DNA from: an uncultured Eubacteriales bacterium
Lineage (GTDB): Bacteria > Bacillota > Clostridia > Peptostreptococcales > Anaerovoracaceae
Assembly: GCA_900315125.1 (NCBI GenBank)
Contig: OMXT01000019.1
Location: forward strand, 1,240-65,239
Length of the DNA: 64,000 nt
Direction of reading: 5' to 3'
Each line of letters starts with the position of its first letter. Within the stretch, counting starts at the first letter, position 1. Shown piece by piece: positions 47,393-55,849 of this stretch. A program made the position numbers and the translations under genes. Under the pieces are notes generated by a model. That model saw only the letters and a list, made by a program, of their open reading frames with translations. It was not told the origin of the DNA and made no database searches.

Positions 47393-47425
47393 GGCGGGGT
47401 ACCTTTTTACCCCGCCTCTTTTTTA
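47393..47425 (+). terminator. rho-independent terminator after rpsO
   Basis: GGCGGGGTA (47393-47401) / TACCCCGCC (47408-47416) followed by TCTTTTTT. Confidence 0.8.
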
Positions 47426-47594
47426 CGGAACGCTCAGAGCATGGCAATACAGAAAGACAGAACAGGGCGGGCCGACAGGGGCTGCAGCAGGGCCGACCGA
47501 TTCGGAGCAGCGGCATCTCCGCCAGCGGAAGCGCGAAAATCGTCCGCTTCCGTCTTGAAGAACCAAATAAACAGGAAGGAGTTGTTTATTTAGA

Positions 47595-49706
47595 ATGGCA
47601 AGATTTACAGATTACAGAACATTTAAGACCGCAGTAGGAGGGAGACTCCTCCAGTTAGAGATCGGCAAGGTCTGCGAGCAGGCAAACGGCCAGGTCTGGG
47701 TGCGTTACGGCGATTCCGTAGTTAACGTAACCGTATGCGCGTCCAAGCAGCCAAGAGAGGGAGCGGATTTCTTCCCCCTGACCTGCGACTATGAAGAGAA
47801 GATGTATGCTGCAGGCAAGATGCCCGGCGGCTTCATCAGAAGAGAAGGAAGACCCAGTGAGAAGGCCATACTGAGCTGCCGCCTCATGGACCGTCCTCTC
47901 CGTCCGCTGTTCCCCAAGGGATTCTATAACGACGTCAGCGTTGTAGCCACCGTCATGTCCGTAGATCCGGACTGTGAGACTGACATCATGGCCATGATCG
48001 GATCTTCCGTAGCCATCGCGATTTCTGACATTCCCTGGGATGGTCCCACCGGTTCCGTCCGTGTCGGCAGAGTGGACGGCGAGTTCGTCATCAACCCGAC
48101 GCTGGAGCAGAGAGCACAGTCTGACATCAACCTGACCGTAGCAGGCACCAAGGAAGCCATCATGATGGTAGAAGCCGGCGCCAACGAGGTTCCGGAAGTT
48201 GAGATGCTGGACGCTATCTGGTTTGCCCACGAGGAGATCAAGAAGATCGTAGAATTCATCGACGAGGTCGTTGCAGAAGTCGGCAAGCCCAAGATGGATA
48301 TCGAGCTCTATAAGATCGACGAGGATCTGGAGGCTCAGGTCAGAGCATTTGCCACAGATAAGATGAAAGAGGCGATCCACACCAAGGATAAGATGGAGCG
48401 TCTGGACAATATGGACGCAGTAGAGGTAGAGACCCAGGAGCACTTCGCGGAGATCTTCCCGGAGAGCGAGGCGGACATCTCCAGCCTGCTGTTCACTATC
48501 ACCAAGGAGACCATGAGAGCCATGGTCCTGGACGAGGGCGTCCGTGTAGACGACCGCAAGCTGGACGAGATCCGTCCGGTATGGTGCGAGACCGGGCTGC
48601 TGCCCAGAGTACACGGTACAGGCCTCTTCAAGAGAGGGCAGACTCAGGCTTTGTCCTCCGTCACCCTTGCTCCTCTCAGCGAGGTGCAGCGCATCGACGG
48701 ACTGACAGAGCAGACAGAGAAACGATACATCCATCACTATAACTTCCCCGGATACTGCACCGGCGAGCCCAAGCCGCCCCGCAGCCCCGGACGCCGTGAG
48801 ATCGGTCACGGCGCGCTGGCAGAGCGTGCGCTGCTGCCGGTGATCCCCAGCAAGGAAGAATTCCCCTATGCCATCCGCGTGGTATCGGATATCCTTTCAT
48901 CCAACGGATCTTCTTCCATGGCATCCACATGCGGATCCACGCTGGCTCTGATGGACGCCGGCGTTCCCATCAAGCGCCCGGTAGCCGGTATCGCCATGGG
49001 CCTGATCGAGAGAGTCAACGAGGACGGAACGAGCAAGATGGCCATCCTCAGCGATATTCAGGGCATGGAAGACTTCATGGGCGACATGGACTTTAAGGTC
49101 ACCGGAACAGAAAAAGGCGTTACCGCCATGCAGATGGACATCAAGGTCCACGGCCTGTCCCGCGAGATCATGGAGGACGCGCTCCGCCAGGCGAGAGAAG
49201 GCCGCATGAAGATTATGGACGTCATGCTGGAGGAGATCCCCGAGCCCCGCAAGGAAATGTCCAAATGGGCTCCCCGCTGCATTTCCATGCGCATCGATCC
49301 GGATAAGATCCGCATCGTCATCGGGCCGGGAGGCAAGACCATCAACAAGATCGTGGATGAGACGGGCGTCAAGATCGACATCTCTGAAGAAGATCTGGGT
49401 CTCGTTACCATTTACTCTGACAACCTGGAGGGCGCAGAGGCTGCCCGCCGTCAGGTAGAGCTTCTGACCAAGGATGTAGAGGTCGGCGAGGTTTACCTGG
49501 GCGAAGTCAAGCGCATCATGAACTTCGGCGCGTTTATCGAAGTGCTGCCGGGCAAGGAAGGCCTGCTGCACATCTCCAAGATGGCTAAGGGCCGCGTGGA
49601 CAAGGTAGAAGATGTGATGAACATCGGAGACAAGGTCTGGGTCAAGGTCGCAGAGATCGACAAGCAGAACCGCATCAACTTGCTCAGGGCCAAACCGCAG
49701 GAGTAA
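47595..49706 (+). CDS. pnp: polyribonucleotide nucleotidyltransferase (PNPase)
   Basis: 703 aa with two RNase PH domains (FMGDMDFKV), then KH ([11 protein letters not shown]) and S1 ([20 protein letters not shown]) domains. Confidence 0.95.
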   Translation: MARFTDYRTFKTAVGGRLLQLEIGKVCEQANGQVWVRYGDSVVNVTVCASKQPREGADFFPLTCDYEEKMYAAGKMPGGFIRREGRPSEKAILSCRLMDRPLRPLFPKGFYNDVSVVATVMSVDPDCETDIMAMIGSSVAIAISDIPWDGPTGSVRVGRVDGEFVINPTLEQRAQSDINLTVAGTKEAIMMVEAGANEVPEVEMLDAIWFAHEEIKKIVEFIDEVVAEVGKPKMDIELYKIDEDLEAQVRAFATDKMKEAIHTKDKMERLDNMDAVEVETQEHFAEIFPESEADISSLLFTITKETMRAMVLDEGVRVDDRKLDEIRPVWCETGLLPRVHGTGLFKRGQTQALSSVTLAPLSEVQRIDGLTEQTEKRYIHHYNFPGYCTGEPKPPRSPGRREIGHGALAERALLPVIPSKEEFPYAIRVVSDILSSNGSSSMASTCGSTLALMDAGVPIKRPVAGIAMGLIERVNEDGTSKMAILSDIQGMEDFMGDMDFKVTGTEKGVTAMQMDIKVHGLSREIMEDALRQAREGRMKIMDVMLEEIPEPRKEMSKWAPRCISMRIDPDKIRIVIGPGGKTINKIVDETGVKIDISEEDLGLVTIYSDNLEGAEAARRQVELLTKDVEVGEVYLGEVKRIMNFGAFIEVLPGKEGLLHISKMAKGRVDKVEDVMNIGDKVWVKVAEIDKQNRINLLRAKPQE

Positions 49707-49718
49707 TAGAGATTACAG

Positions 49719-49760
49719 GAACGTCGGTCCCGCAGTTCGCGGAGCCGGCGGTTCTTTTTT
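49719..49760 (+). terminator. rho-independent terminator after pnp
   Basis: Imperfect GC-rich stem (GAACGTCGGTCCCGC ... GCGGAGCCGGCGGTTC) followed by TTTTTT (49755-49760). Confidence 0.6.
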
Positions 49761-49806
49761 AGGGAACAAAGTCCTGACCGGCCTTTGTTTCGGAAAGGAG
49801 AGGGAC

Positions 49807-50898
49807 ATGGTCAAACAGCTTTACCCGAGACTGGAAATAAACCTCCAGTACCTGAGGGAAAACGTGGAGCAGATGGTGAAACGGGCCGAGGAAAGGGGCA
49901 TAGAGATCATCGGCGTGGTCAAAGGGACAACGGGCCTTGTGCCCTGCGTGCAGCAGTTCCTTGCCGGGGGATGCACCAAGCTGGCTTCGTCCAGGCTGGA
50001 GCAGATCGAGGACTGCCAGACCGCAGGGCTGGACGTGCCTTACCTGCTGCTCCGGGTGCCCATGCTGACGGAAGTGCCGGAGGTCATCCGCCTCTGTGAC
50101 TACAGCCTGAACAGCGAGATCAGGGTGCTCCGGGCGCTGAACGAGGAAGCGGGACGTCAGGGCAAGATCCATCGCCCCATCATCATGGCGGACCTGGGCG
50201 ACCTTCGGGAAGGATATTGGGATCACGATGAGATGGTGGACGTCTGCTGCCAGGTAGAAAATGAGATGGATAATCTTGAGCTTGCGGGCGTGGGCGTCAA
50301 TCTGGGATGCTACGGATCCATCCTTGCTACAGCGGACAAGCTCCAGGAGCTGGTGGATATTGCCCGCCGGGTGGAGGAGAGGATCGGGCGGAAGCTGGAG
50401 TACGTTTCCGGCGGCGCCACGTCGAGCCTCATGCGGATCCTGGACGGGGACATGCCGGAGGGGGTCAACATGCTCCGCTGCGGCGAAGGGATCCTGCTGT
50501 CTCAGGATCTGGACCGGTTCTACGGCTATGATGTGAGCTACATGCACGAGGACGTCTATACACTGAAGGCGGAGGTCATCGAGGTGAAGACCAAGCCCAC
50601 CCATCCCGTGGGGACAATCACCGTGGATGCCTTCGGCCATAAGCCGGTCTATGAGGACCGGGGCATGCGCCGCAGAGCACTGCTGGGCATTGGCAATGTG
50701 GACTGCGGCAATTACCAGGAGCTCACCCCAAGAGATGCGGGAATCGATATGGTAGGAGCCTCCAGCGACCATACGATCATTGATGTGGAGGACGCGGAAC
50801 GGTCCGTTGAGGTAGGAGATATTCTTTCCTTCGATGTGGACTACGCTTCCCTTTGTTACCTGACAAACTGCAGAAATGTGCATATAGTATATGTATAA
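49807..50898 (+). CDS. alanine/ornithine racemase-family PLP-dependent enzyme
   Basis: Ala-racemase N-terminal barrel pattern with GVVKGTTG (putative PLP Lys), 363 aa. Substrate cannot be assigned from sequence. Confidence 0.65.
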   Translation: MVKQLYPRLEINLQYLRENVEQMVKRAEERGIEIIGVVKGTTGLVPCVQQFLAGGCTKLASSRLEQIEDCQTAGLDVPYLLLRVPMLTEVPEVIRLCDYSLNSEIRVLRALNEEAGRQGKIHRPIIMADLGDLREGYWDHDEMVDVCCQVENEMDNLELAGVGVNLGCYGSILATADKLQELVDIARRVEERIGRKLEYVSGGATSSLMRILDGDMPEGVNMLRCGEGILLSQDLDRFYGYDVSYMHEDVYTLKAEVIEVKTKPTHPVGTITVDAFGHKPVYEDRGMRRRALLGIGNVDCGNYQELTPRDAGIDMVGASSDHTIIDVEDAERSVEVGDILSFDVDYASLCYLTNCRNVHIVYV

Positions 50899-51020
50899 AT
50901 TCATACCGATCCGGCCTGGCGATGGCCGGATCGGTGCATTAAGGAGGAATCAGTGGATATTCCGCCGCGGTTCTGGTACCGCTGCTGATCGGAGCATAGG
51001 TTTTCCGGAAAGGATAAGTA

Positions 51021-51902
51021 ATGAAGAAGTTTACAGGAAGTGATAACTATGTGGCGTCCAAGGAGCTGATGAACGCCGTAAATGTAGCCATGGCGCTGGA
51101 GAAGCCTTTGCTTATCAAAGGCGAGCCCGGCACGGGCAAGACCATGCTGGCGGAGTCTATCGCTGAGGCTCTCGACATGCCCCTGATCATCTGGGGAATC
51201 AAATCCACTACCAAGGCCCAGGAAGGCCTGTATGTCTACGATACGGTTCAGCGCCTCTATGACTCCCAGTTCGGCGAAGGCAACGTGGCAGATATCGCCC
51301 AGTATATCAAGCTGGGGAAACTGGGAGAGGCGTTTACGTCTGACCAGCAGGTCGTACTGCTTATCGATGAGATCGACAAGGCGGACCTGGAGTTCCCCAA
51401 CGACCTGCTCTGGGAGCTGGACCGCATGGAGTTTTATATCAATGAAACAAAGGAAACGGTCACCGCGAAGCACCGCCCGGTGACCATCATCACGTCCAAC
51501 GCGGAGAAGGAACTGCCGGACGCGTTCCTGCGCCGCTGTATTTTCCACTATATTGAGTTCCCGGATGAAGAGAAGATGCGGGAGATCATTCGCGTTCACT
51601 TCGGGGACATCAATAAACGGCTGGTGGACTCTGCCCTCGGCGCCTTCTATTCTATCCGTCAGATGAATGAGATCCAGAAGAAGCCCAGCACATCGGAGCT
51701 GCTGGACTGGATCCAGGCCCTGAAGATCAGCGGTATGGATACGTCCCGGATCGAATCGGAGATTCCTTATGTCGGCGTGCTTCTGAAGAAAAATCAGGAT
51801 ATCGACCGGCTCCGTGAGAGCCAGGGAAAGACGGTGACTGGCTCCGGCAGCTCCGGAAGAAACTCTCGCAGAAACGGCTATGGTTACGGAAACCGCTGGT
51901 GA
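51021..51902 (+). CDS. MoxR-like AAA+ ATPase
   Basis: Walker A GEPGTGKT and Walker B LLIDEIDKA; the size and layout match single-AAA MoxR/AAA_5 proteins. Confidence 0.8.
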   Translation: MKKFTGSDNYVASKELMNAVNVAMALEKPLLIKGEPGTGKTMLAESIAEALDMPLIIWGIKSTTKAQEGLYVYDTVQRLYDSQFGEGNVADIAQYIKLGKLGEAFTSDQQVVLLIDEIDKADLEFPNDLLWELDRMEFYINETKETVTAKHRPVTIITSNAEKELPDAFLRRCIFHYIEFPDEEKMREIIRVHFGDINKRLVDSALGAFYSIRQMNEIQKKPSTSELLDWIQALKISGMDTSRIESEIPYVGVLLKKNQDIDRLRESQGKTVTGSGSSGRNSRRNGYGYGNRW

Positions 51903-51908
51903 TGCCTT

Positions 51909-53102
51909 ATGTTTATTGATTTTTTCTATACGCTGAGAGCTTACGGACTGGACGTGTCCCTGGATGAATGGCTTTGTCTCATGGATGCGCTGGATCAGGG
52001 ACTGGCGGAGAATTCTTTGCTGGAGTTTTATTATCTCTGCCGCAACGTGCTGGTCAAGTCCGAGTCGGACTACGATACGCTGGACCAGGCATTCGGCGCT
52101 TATTTTCAGGGAATCGAGACCATCGATGATATCCCCGATGAGCTGAAACAGTGGCTGGCGGAAGATGGTCTGGAACGGGACCTGGAGGATATGCCCGACT
52201 GGGCGAAAGAATACGATATGGACACCCTGCGGAAGATGTTCGCTGAGCGTCTTGCGGAGCAGAACGAACGGCACAACGGCGGGAACTACTGGGTAGGGAC
52301 CGGCGGTACGTCGCCCTTCGGAAACGGAGGATGGAATCCGGCGGGGATACGGGTGGGCGGCGCCAGCCGCCATAGATCTGCGGTGCAGGTGGCAGCAGAC
52401 CGGAACTTCCGGGATTTCCGCGAAGACAACGAGCTGGACACCCGTCAGTTTCAGATGGCCTTCCGCAAGCTCCGTCAGTTTTCTTCCCTCATCGACGCGG
52501 CGCCCACGGAGCTGGATGTGGATGAGACCATCGACGCCACATGCGATAACGCAGGTCTCCTGACCCTGGTCTACGAAAAGCCTCGGCGCAACACGGTCAA
52601 GCTGCTGATGCTTATGGACTCCGACGGCTCCATGCAGGAGTACAGCGAGCTGTGCAGCCATCTGTTCCAGGCGGCTGACCAGTCCTCCCATTTCAAGGAC
52701 TTCCGGACTTATTATTTTCACAACTGCATATACGATCACGTCTACACGGACCCGTACTGCGTGAACGGCCGGTGGATCGATACCCAGTGGCTCTTTGGGA
52801 ACCTGGACTCCGAGTACAAAGTCATCCTTGTTGGGGATGCGGCGATGTCGCCCTATGAGCTCTACTCTCCCGGAGGCAACCTGGACTGGTACGCCTATAA
52901 CGAGGAACCGGGCATCGACTGGCTCTGGAAGTTCCGCCGCCGCTACCGCAATTCCGTCTGGCTGAACCCCATCCCCGCCCGCCGCTGGGAGCATGCCTGG
53001 GGCGCCCGCACCATCTCCATGGTCCGGGACGTCTTTCCCATGTTCGAACTGACCCTGGACGGCTTGGACGCCGCCATCCGCAAGCTGATGAGCGGCAGGT
53101 AA
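51909..53102 (+). CDS. VWA-domain protein, CoxE-like (MoxR partner)
   Basis: The N-terminus FFYTLRAYGLDVSLDEW is typical of CoxE-like proteins. The C-terminal VWA-like region starts LLMLMDSDGSM. It lies 6 nt downstream of the MoxR gene. Confidence 0.7.
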   Translation: MFIDFFYTLRAYGLDVSLDEWLCLMDALDQGLAENSLLEFYYLCRNVLVKSESDYDTLDQAFGAYFQGIETIDDIPDELKQWLAEDGLERDLEDMPDWAKEYDMDTLRKMFAERLAEQNERHNGGNYWVGTGGTSPFGNGGWNPAGIRVGGASRHRSAVQVAADRNFRDFREDNELDTRQFQMAFRKLRQFSSLIDAAPTELDVDETIDATCDNAGLLTLVYEKPRRNTVKLLMLMDSDGSMQEYSELCSHLFQAADQSSHFKDFRTYYFHNCIYDHVYTDPYCVNGRWIDTQWLFGNLDSEYKVILVGDAAMSPYELYSPGGNLDWYAYNEEPGIDWLWKFRRRYRNSVWLNPIPARRWEHAWGARTISMVRDVFPMFELTLDGLDAAIRKLMSGR

Positions 53103-53184
53103 TCCCGCGTCCGCAAGCTGATGAGCGGCCGGCAGTCCCGCGTCCCGGACCTGTCTGGTAACTTTGGGCTTGTCGGACTGCAGC

Positions 53185-54033
53185 TTAATCAATAGTGTGA
53201 ACAAGAGGAAGAACTACGCCGCGGATAATCTGATCTATCAGCGCTGTATTTATTCCGCCGTCCCTGCTGTCGCCGGTGACTATCAGATTATAACCCGGTG
53301 TGATGCCGTTCTGCTGATAGAGTTTCATCTTTTCTGAAGTCGATATGCGGTAGCCTTCTTTGTTAAGAAGTCCAAGGTGCTCCCAGTACAGTTTCGTTCC
53401 GTCACGAAGCAATATCGTAAAGTCAGGGTACCGCAGCACTTTTTCCCGATCGCCGTTTATCAGCACCAGGCGTTCATCGTAGCGGAATGGGATTTTGTAG
53501 CGCTTTAAAAGATTGTAAATTATCAGATCGCCCTTAGATCGGACCTTTGTTCCATCCACGGCGATACTGTCCATGTCCGGAAATGTCATAGGGTTCTTCT
53601 TGTATTCTGCCAGAGCCCATTCTTTGATTTCCTGCTTGCTGAAATCTGTCTGAAGTGCTGCAGGAAGCAGTCGATAAGAATCCGGGAGAGACTGCGTTAC
53701 GGATTCGGGGTCATATTTTTGGTATGCGCTCAGCATCTCAGTCAGGAGCTGCTGGTTTTCAACGAGACGTTTGCGTATCTCGCGGTAGACCTTTGCTTTC
53801 TTGAGCGACTGCACCTGAGTGTTTCCAGGTCCTCCAAGATATTTCCATTGTCGTTTGCGCTTGCCGTCAACCTGTTTCGAATTCACATGATAATATTTGA
53901 GCTTATTATTTTCTATGCGGCAAGCCAGGCATCCATCTTCGTTTTCACTGGAGAATGGAATCTTGTCGACTATTTGAATTAAAGCTTTAATGCGATCCAG
54001 CTCGAGGTGAGCTTCCGTAATGAATGAGTTCAT
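53185..54033 (-). CDS. hypothetical protein with PD-(D/E)xK / Vsr-like nuclease signature in the C-terminal half
   Basis: ATG 54033 follows AAAGGAA. The C-terminal pattern VRSKGDLIIYNLLKRYKIPFRYDE ... RYPDFTIL ... KLYWEHLG resembles restriction-endonuclease-fold cores. The gene is visibly AT-richer than its neighbours. No family name recognised. Confidence 0.5.
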   Translation of the reverse strand: MNSFITEAHLELDRIKALIQIVDKIPFSSENEDGCLACRIENNKLKYYHVNSKQVDGKRKRQWKYLGGPGNTQVQSLKKAKVYREIRKRLVENQQLLTEMLSAYQKYDPESVTQSLPDSYRLLPAALQTDFSKQEIKEWALAEYKKNPMTFPDMDSIAVDGTKVRSKGDLIIYNLLKRYKIPFRYDERLVLINGDREKVLRYPDFTILLRDGTKLYWEHLGLLNKEGYRISTSEKMKLYQQNGITPGYNLIVTGDSRDGGINTALIDQIIRGVVLPLVHTID

Positions 54034-54265
54034 AGGCGATTTCCTTTCACAGATAAGTAATGACGATAAGTAACAGCTTATGCTATGCATCTTTAGCGTT
54101 TTCACCACCTTAGCACACGAAAACTGTTATGAAAAGGTTTTTCTTGTATATTTTTAAAAGAATACAGAATTATAAGGTAAAATTATCATTACCAAATTAG
54201 ATAAATCGCAATTTCTTAGCGTTACCATACAAGTGTTTTTTACCAAACTATGGAGAAGCAGCCGC

Positions 54266-54760
54266 GGTAGACAACCCTGGCCGTAATTTGACGCGATGGT
54301 AGACCCAGGAGGGCGGTATAGGTCTACCATCGCGTCCGAGGCAGGCCGCGGTAGACAACCCTGGCCGTGATTTGATGTTAGGGTAGACCCAGTAGGGTCG
54401 TTTAGGTCTACCATCGGGTCTGAGACAGGCTGCGGTAGACAACCCTGGCCGTGATTTGATGTTAGGGTAGACCCAGGAGGGTCGTTAGGTCTACCATCGG
54501 GTCTGAGACAGGCTGCGGTAGACAACCCTGGCCGTGATTTGACGTTAGGGTAGACCCAGGAGGGTCGTTTAGGTCTACCATCGCGACCAAGACAGGCTGC
54601 GGTAGACAACCCTCGCTGCAATTTGACGTCAGGGTAGACCCAAGAGGGCAGTATAGGTTTACCATCGCGTCCGAGGCAGGCCGCGGTAGACAATCCTCGT
54701 TGCAATATAGAGCAAGGGTAGACTCAGAGCCCGATATGGTGGGAGAAAGTTCGGACCATC
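54266..54760 (+). repeat. tandem array, ~5.9 copies of an 84-bp unit (left array)
   Basis: The GGTAGACAACC register is at 54266, 54350, 54434, 54517, 54601 and 54685, so the period is 84 with one 83-bp copy. Each unit is GGTAGACAACC - 21 nt - GGTAGAC - 16 nt - GGTCTACC - 21 nt. The last copy is degenerate. Confidence 0.9.
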
Positions 54761-54761
54761 G

Positions 54762-54790
54762 TTGTTTTTTCTCGTATTCTGCGGTACAAT
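54762..54790 (+). promoter_or_regulatory. candidate promoter of the Nudix-jetABCD operon
   Basis: TTGTTT (54762-54767), 17-nt spacer, TACAAT (54785-54790). It lies just after the array and 50 nt upstream of ATG 54841. Confidence 0.4.
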
Positions 54791-54840
54791 GACGGGAGAA
54801 AGTTTGTGAAGGTTAGAACGCAAAAATCGCAGGAGAAACA

Positions 54841-55845
54841 ATGTGCGCGCAGAATGACAGAAAAACAGACGGGTCCAGCAGAGGCCTGAAAATAGAGAAG
54901 TCCATGGCCAAACAGGTCTTTGATGAGAAATTCCTTAAGGTGTATGATCTGCAGTATGAACCGGGCCGGCATTATTTTGACGCTACCCGGCGCAGCGCCG
55001 AAGACCTGGTGGCGCTGAAGGAGGACGGAGAATTCCGGAGCATGCTCCCGGATGCGGTCAGCTGTTTCGTGATCATTGATAACGGCAGCGAGAATAGTGA
55101 CGGCGCGAGCAACGGCGCAGCAAGAGCTGCAGGCGCACTGTCACCGGACATGATGTCGCCGGATGAGATCGCGTCAGCGTGCGCGGCGAACCGTGCGTCA
55201 GCGTCAGCGAGCGCGGCAAACCGTGCGTCAGCGTCAGTGAGTGCAGTAAATCGCGCGGCAGACGGTGTAGCAGACAGCGCGGCAAACCATGCGGCAGACG
55301 GCCCTTTGCTGCTGCTGGCTCGGGAGTACAGGTATCCGGCGGGCCGGTATCTTCTCAGCGTGCCCGCGGGGCTCCTCGATCCGGAGGATCAGCAGGAGAA
55401 GGATCCGCTGGTGAACGCGGCTGCCCGGGAGATCCACGAGGAAACGGGGATCGTCATCGGGGAGCATGACCGGATCTGGGCAGTGGATTCTTTCGTATTC
55501 AGTACGCCGGGCATGACCGATGAGAGCAATGCGCTGATGTGCGCTGTGATCAACGGGAACGCGAGAGCAGCGGAGGATCCAGGGGCTGCGGCGGAAGCGG
55601 GAGCAGGAACGCCGGGAACAAAGCCCGGGCAGATCTTTGTTTCCGGACACAGAGATACGGCAGAAGCCATCGGCCTGACCCAGTCCGGAGCCGTCGGATC
55701 AGAGAAGTTCGACGGCTTCGTGCTGCTGAACCGGGATGAGGCGAAGCAGGTCCTGGAAGAGGGCAGAGATTCCGAGGGCAACCCTTATCCGGTCTACACA
55801 TGGGCAGCCCTGATGTATTTCCTTTCGGACATGTGGAAACGGTAA
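54841..55845 (+). CDS. Nudix hydrolase (ADP-ribose-pyrophosphatase-like) with low-complexity insertions
   Basis: Nudix box GLLDPEDQQEKDPLVNAAAREIHEETGI. ATG 54841 follows AGGAGA (alternative ATG 54904). The stop lies 4 nt before the jetA ATG. An in-frame 30-bp tandem repeat at 55171-55296 encodes AANRASASAS-type segments. Confidence 0.75.
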   Translation: MCAQNDRKTDGSSRGLKIEKSMAKQVFDEKFLKVYDLQYEPGRHYFDATRRSAEDLVALKEDGEFRSMLPDAVSCFVIIDNGSENSDGASNGAARAAGALSPDMMSPDEIASACAANRASASASAANRASASVSAVNRAADGVADSAANHAADGPLLLLAREYRYPAGRYLLSVPAGLLDPEDQQEKDPLVNAAAREIHEETGIVIGEHDRIWAVDSFVFSTPGMTDESNALMCAVINGNARAAEDPGAAAEAGAGTPGTKPGQIFVSGHRDTAEAIGLTQSGAVGSEKFDGFVLLNRDEAKQVLEEGRDSEGNPYPVYTWAALMYFLSDMWKR

Positions 55846-55849
55846 TCAT

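Noticed and set aside
54154-54705. Minus-strand ORFs across the left array (54154-54705, 54248-54442, 54462-54665), and across the right array (62909-63118, 63075-63689, 63221-63415), encoding 28-aa periodic peptides.
   Set aside because: 84 bp equals 28 codons, so a repeat protein was considered. However, all three minus frames are open simply because GTCTACC-type sequence lacks stops. The 83-bp copy breaks the frame. There is no RBS or plausible start, and the peptide (e.g. GRDGRPKRPSWVYPNVKSRPGLSTAACL) resembles no repeat-protein family I know.
54266-54760. CRISPR array interpretation of the 84-bp arrays (also 62974-63385).
   Set aside because: The whole 84-bp unit is repeated, so there are no unique spacers. 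The period is too long for a repeat plus a spacer of constant sequence, and no cas genes are in the window.
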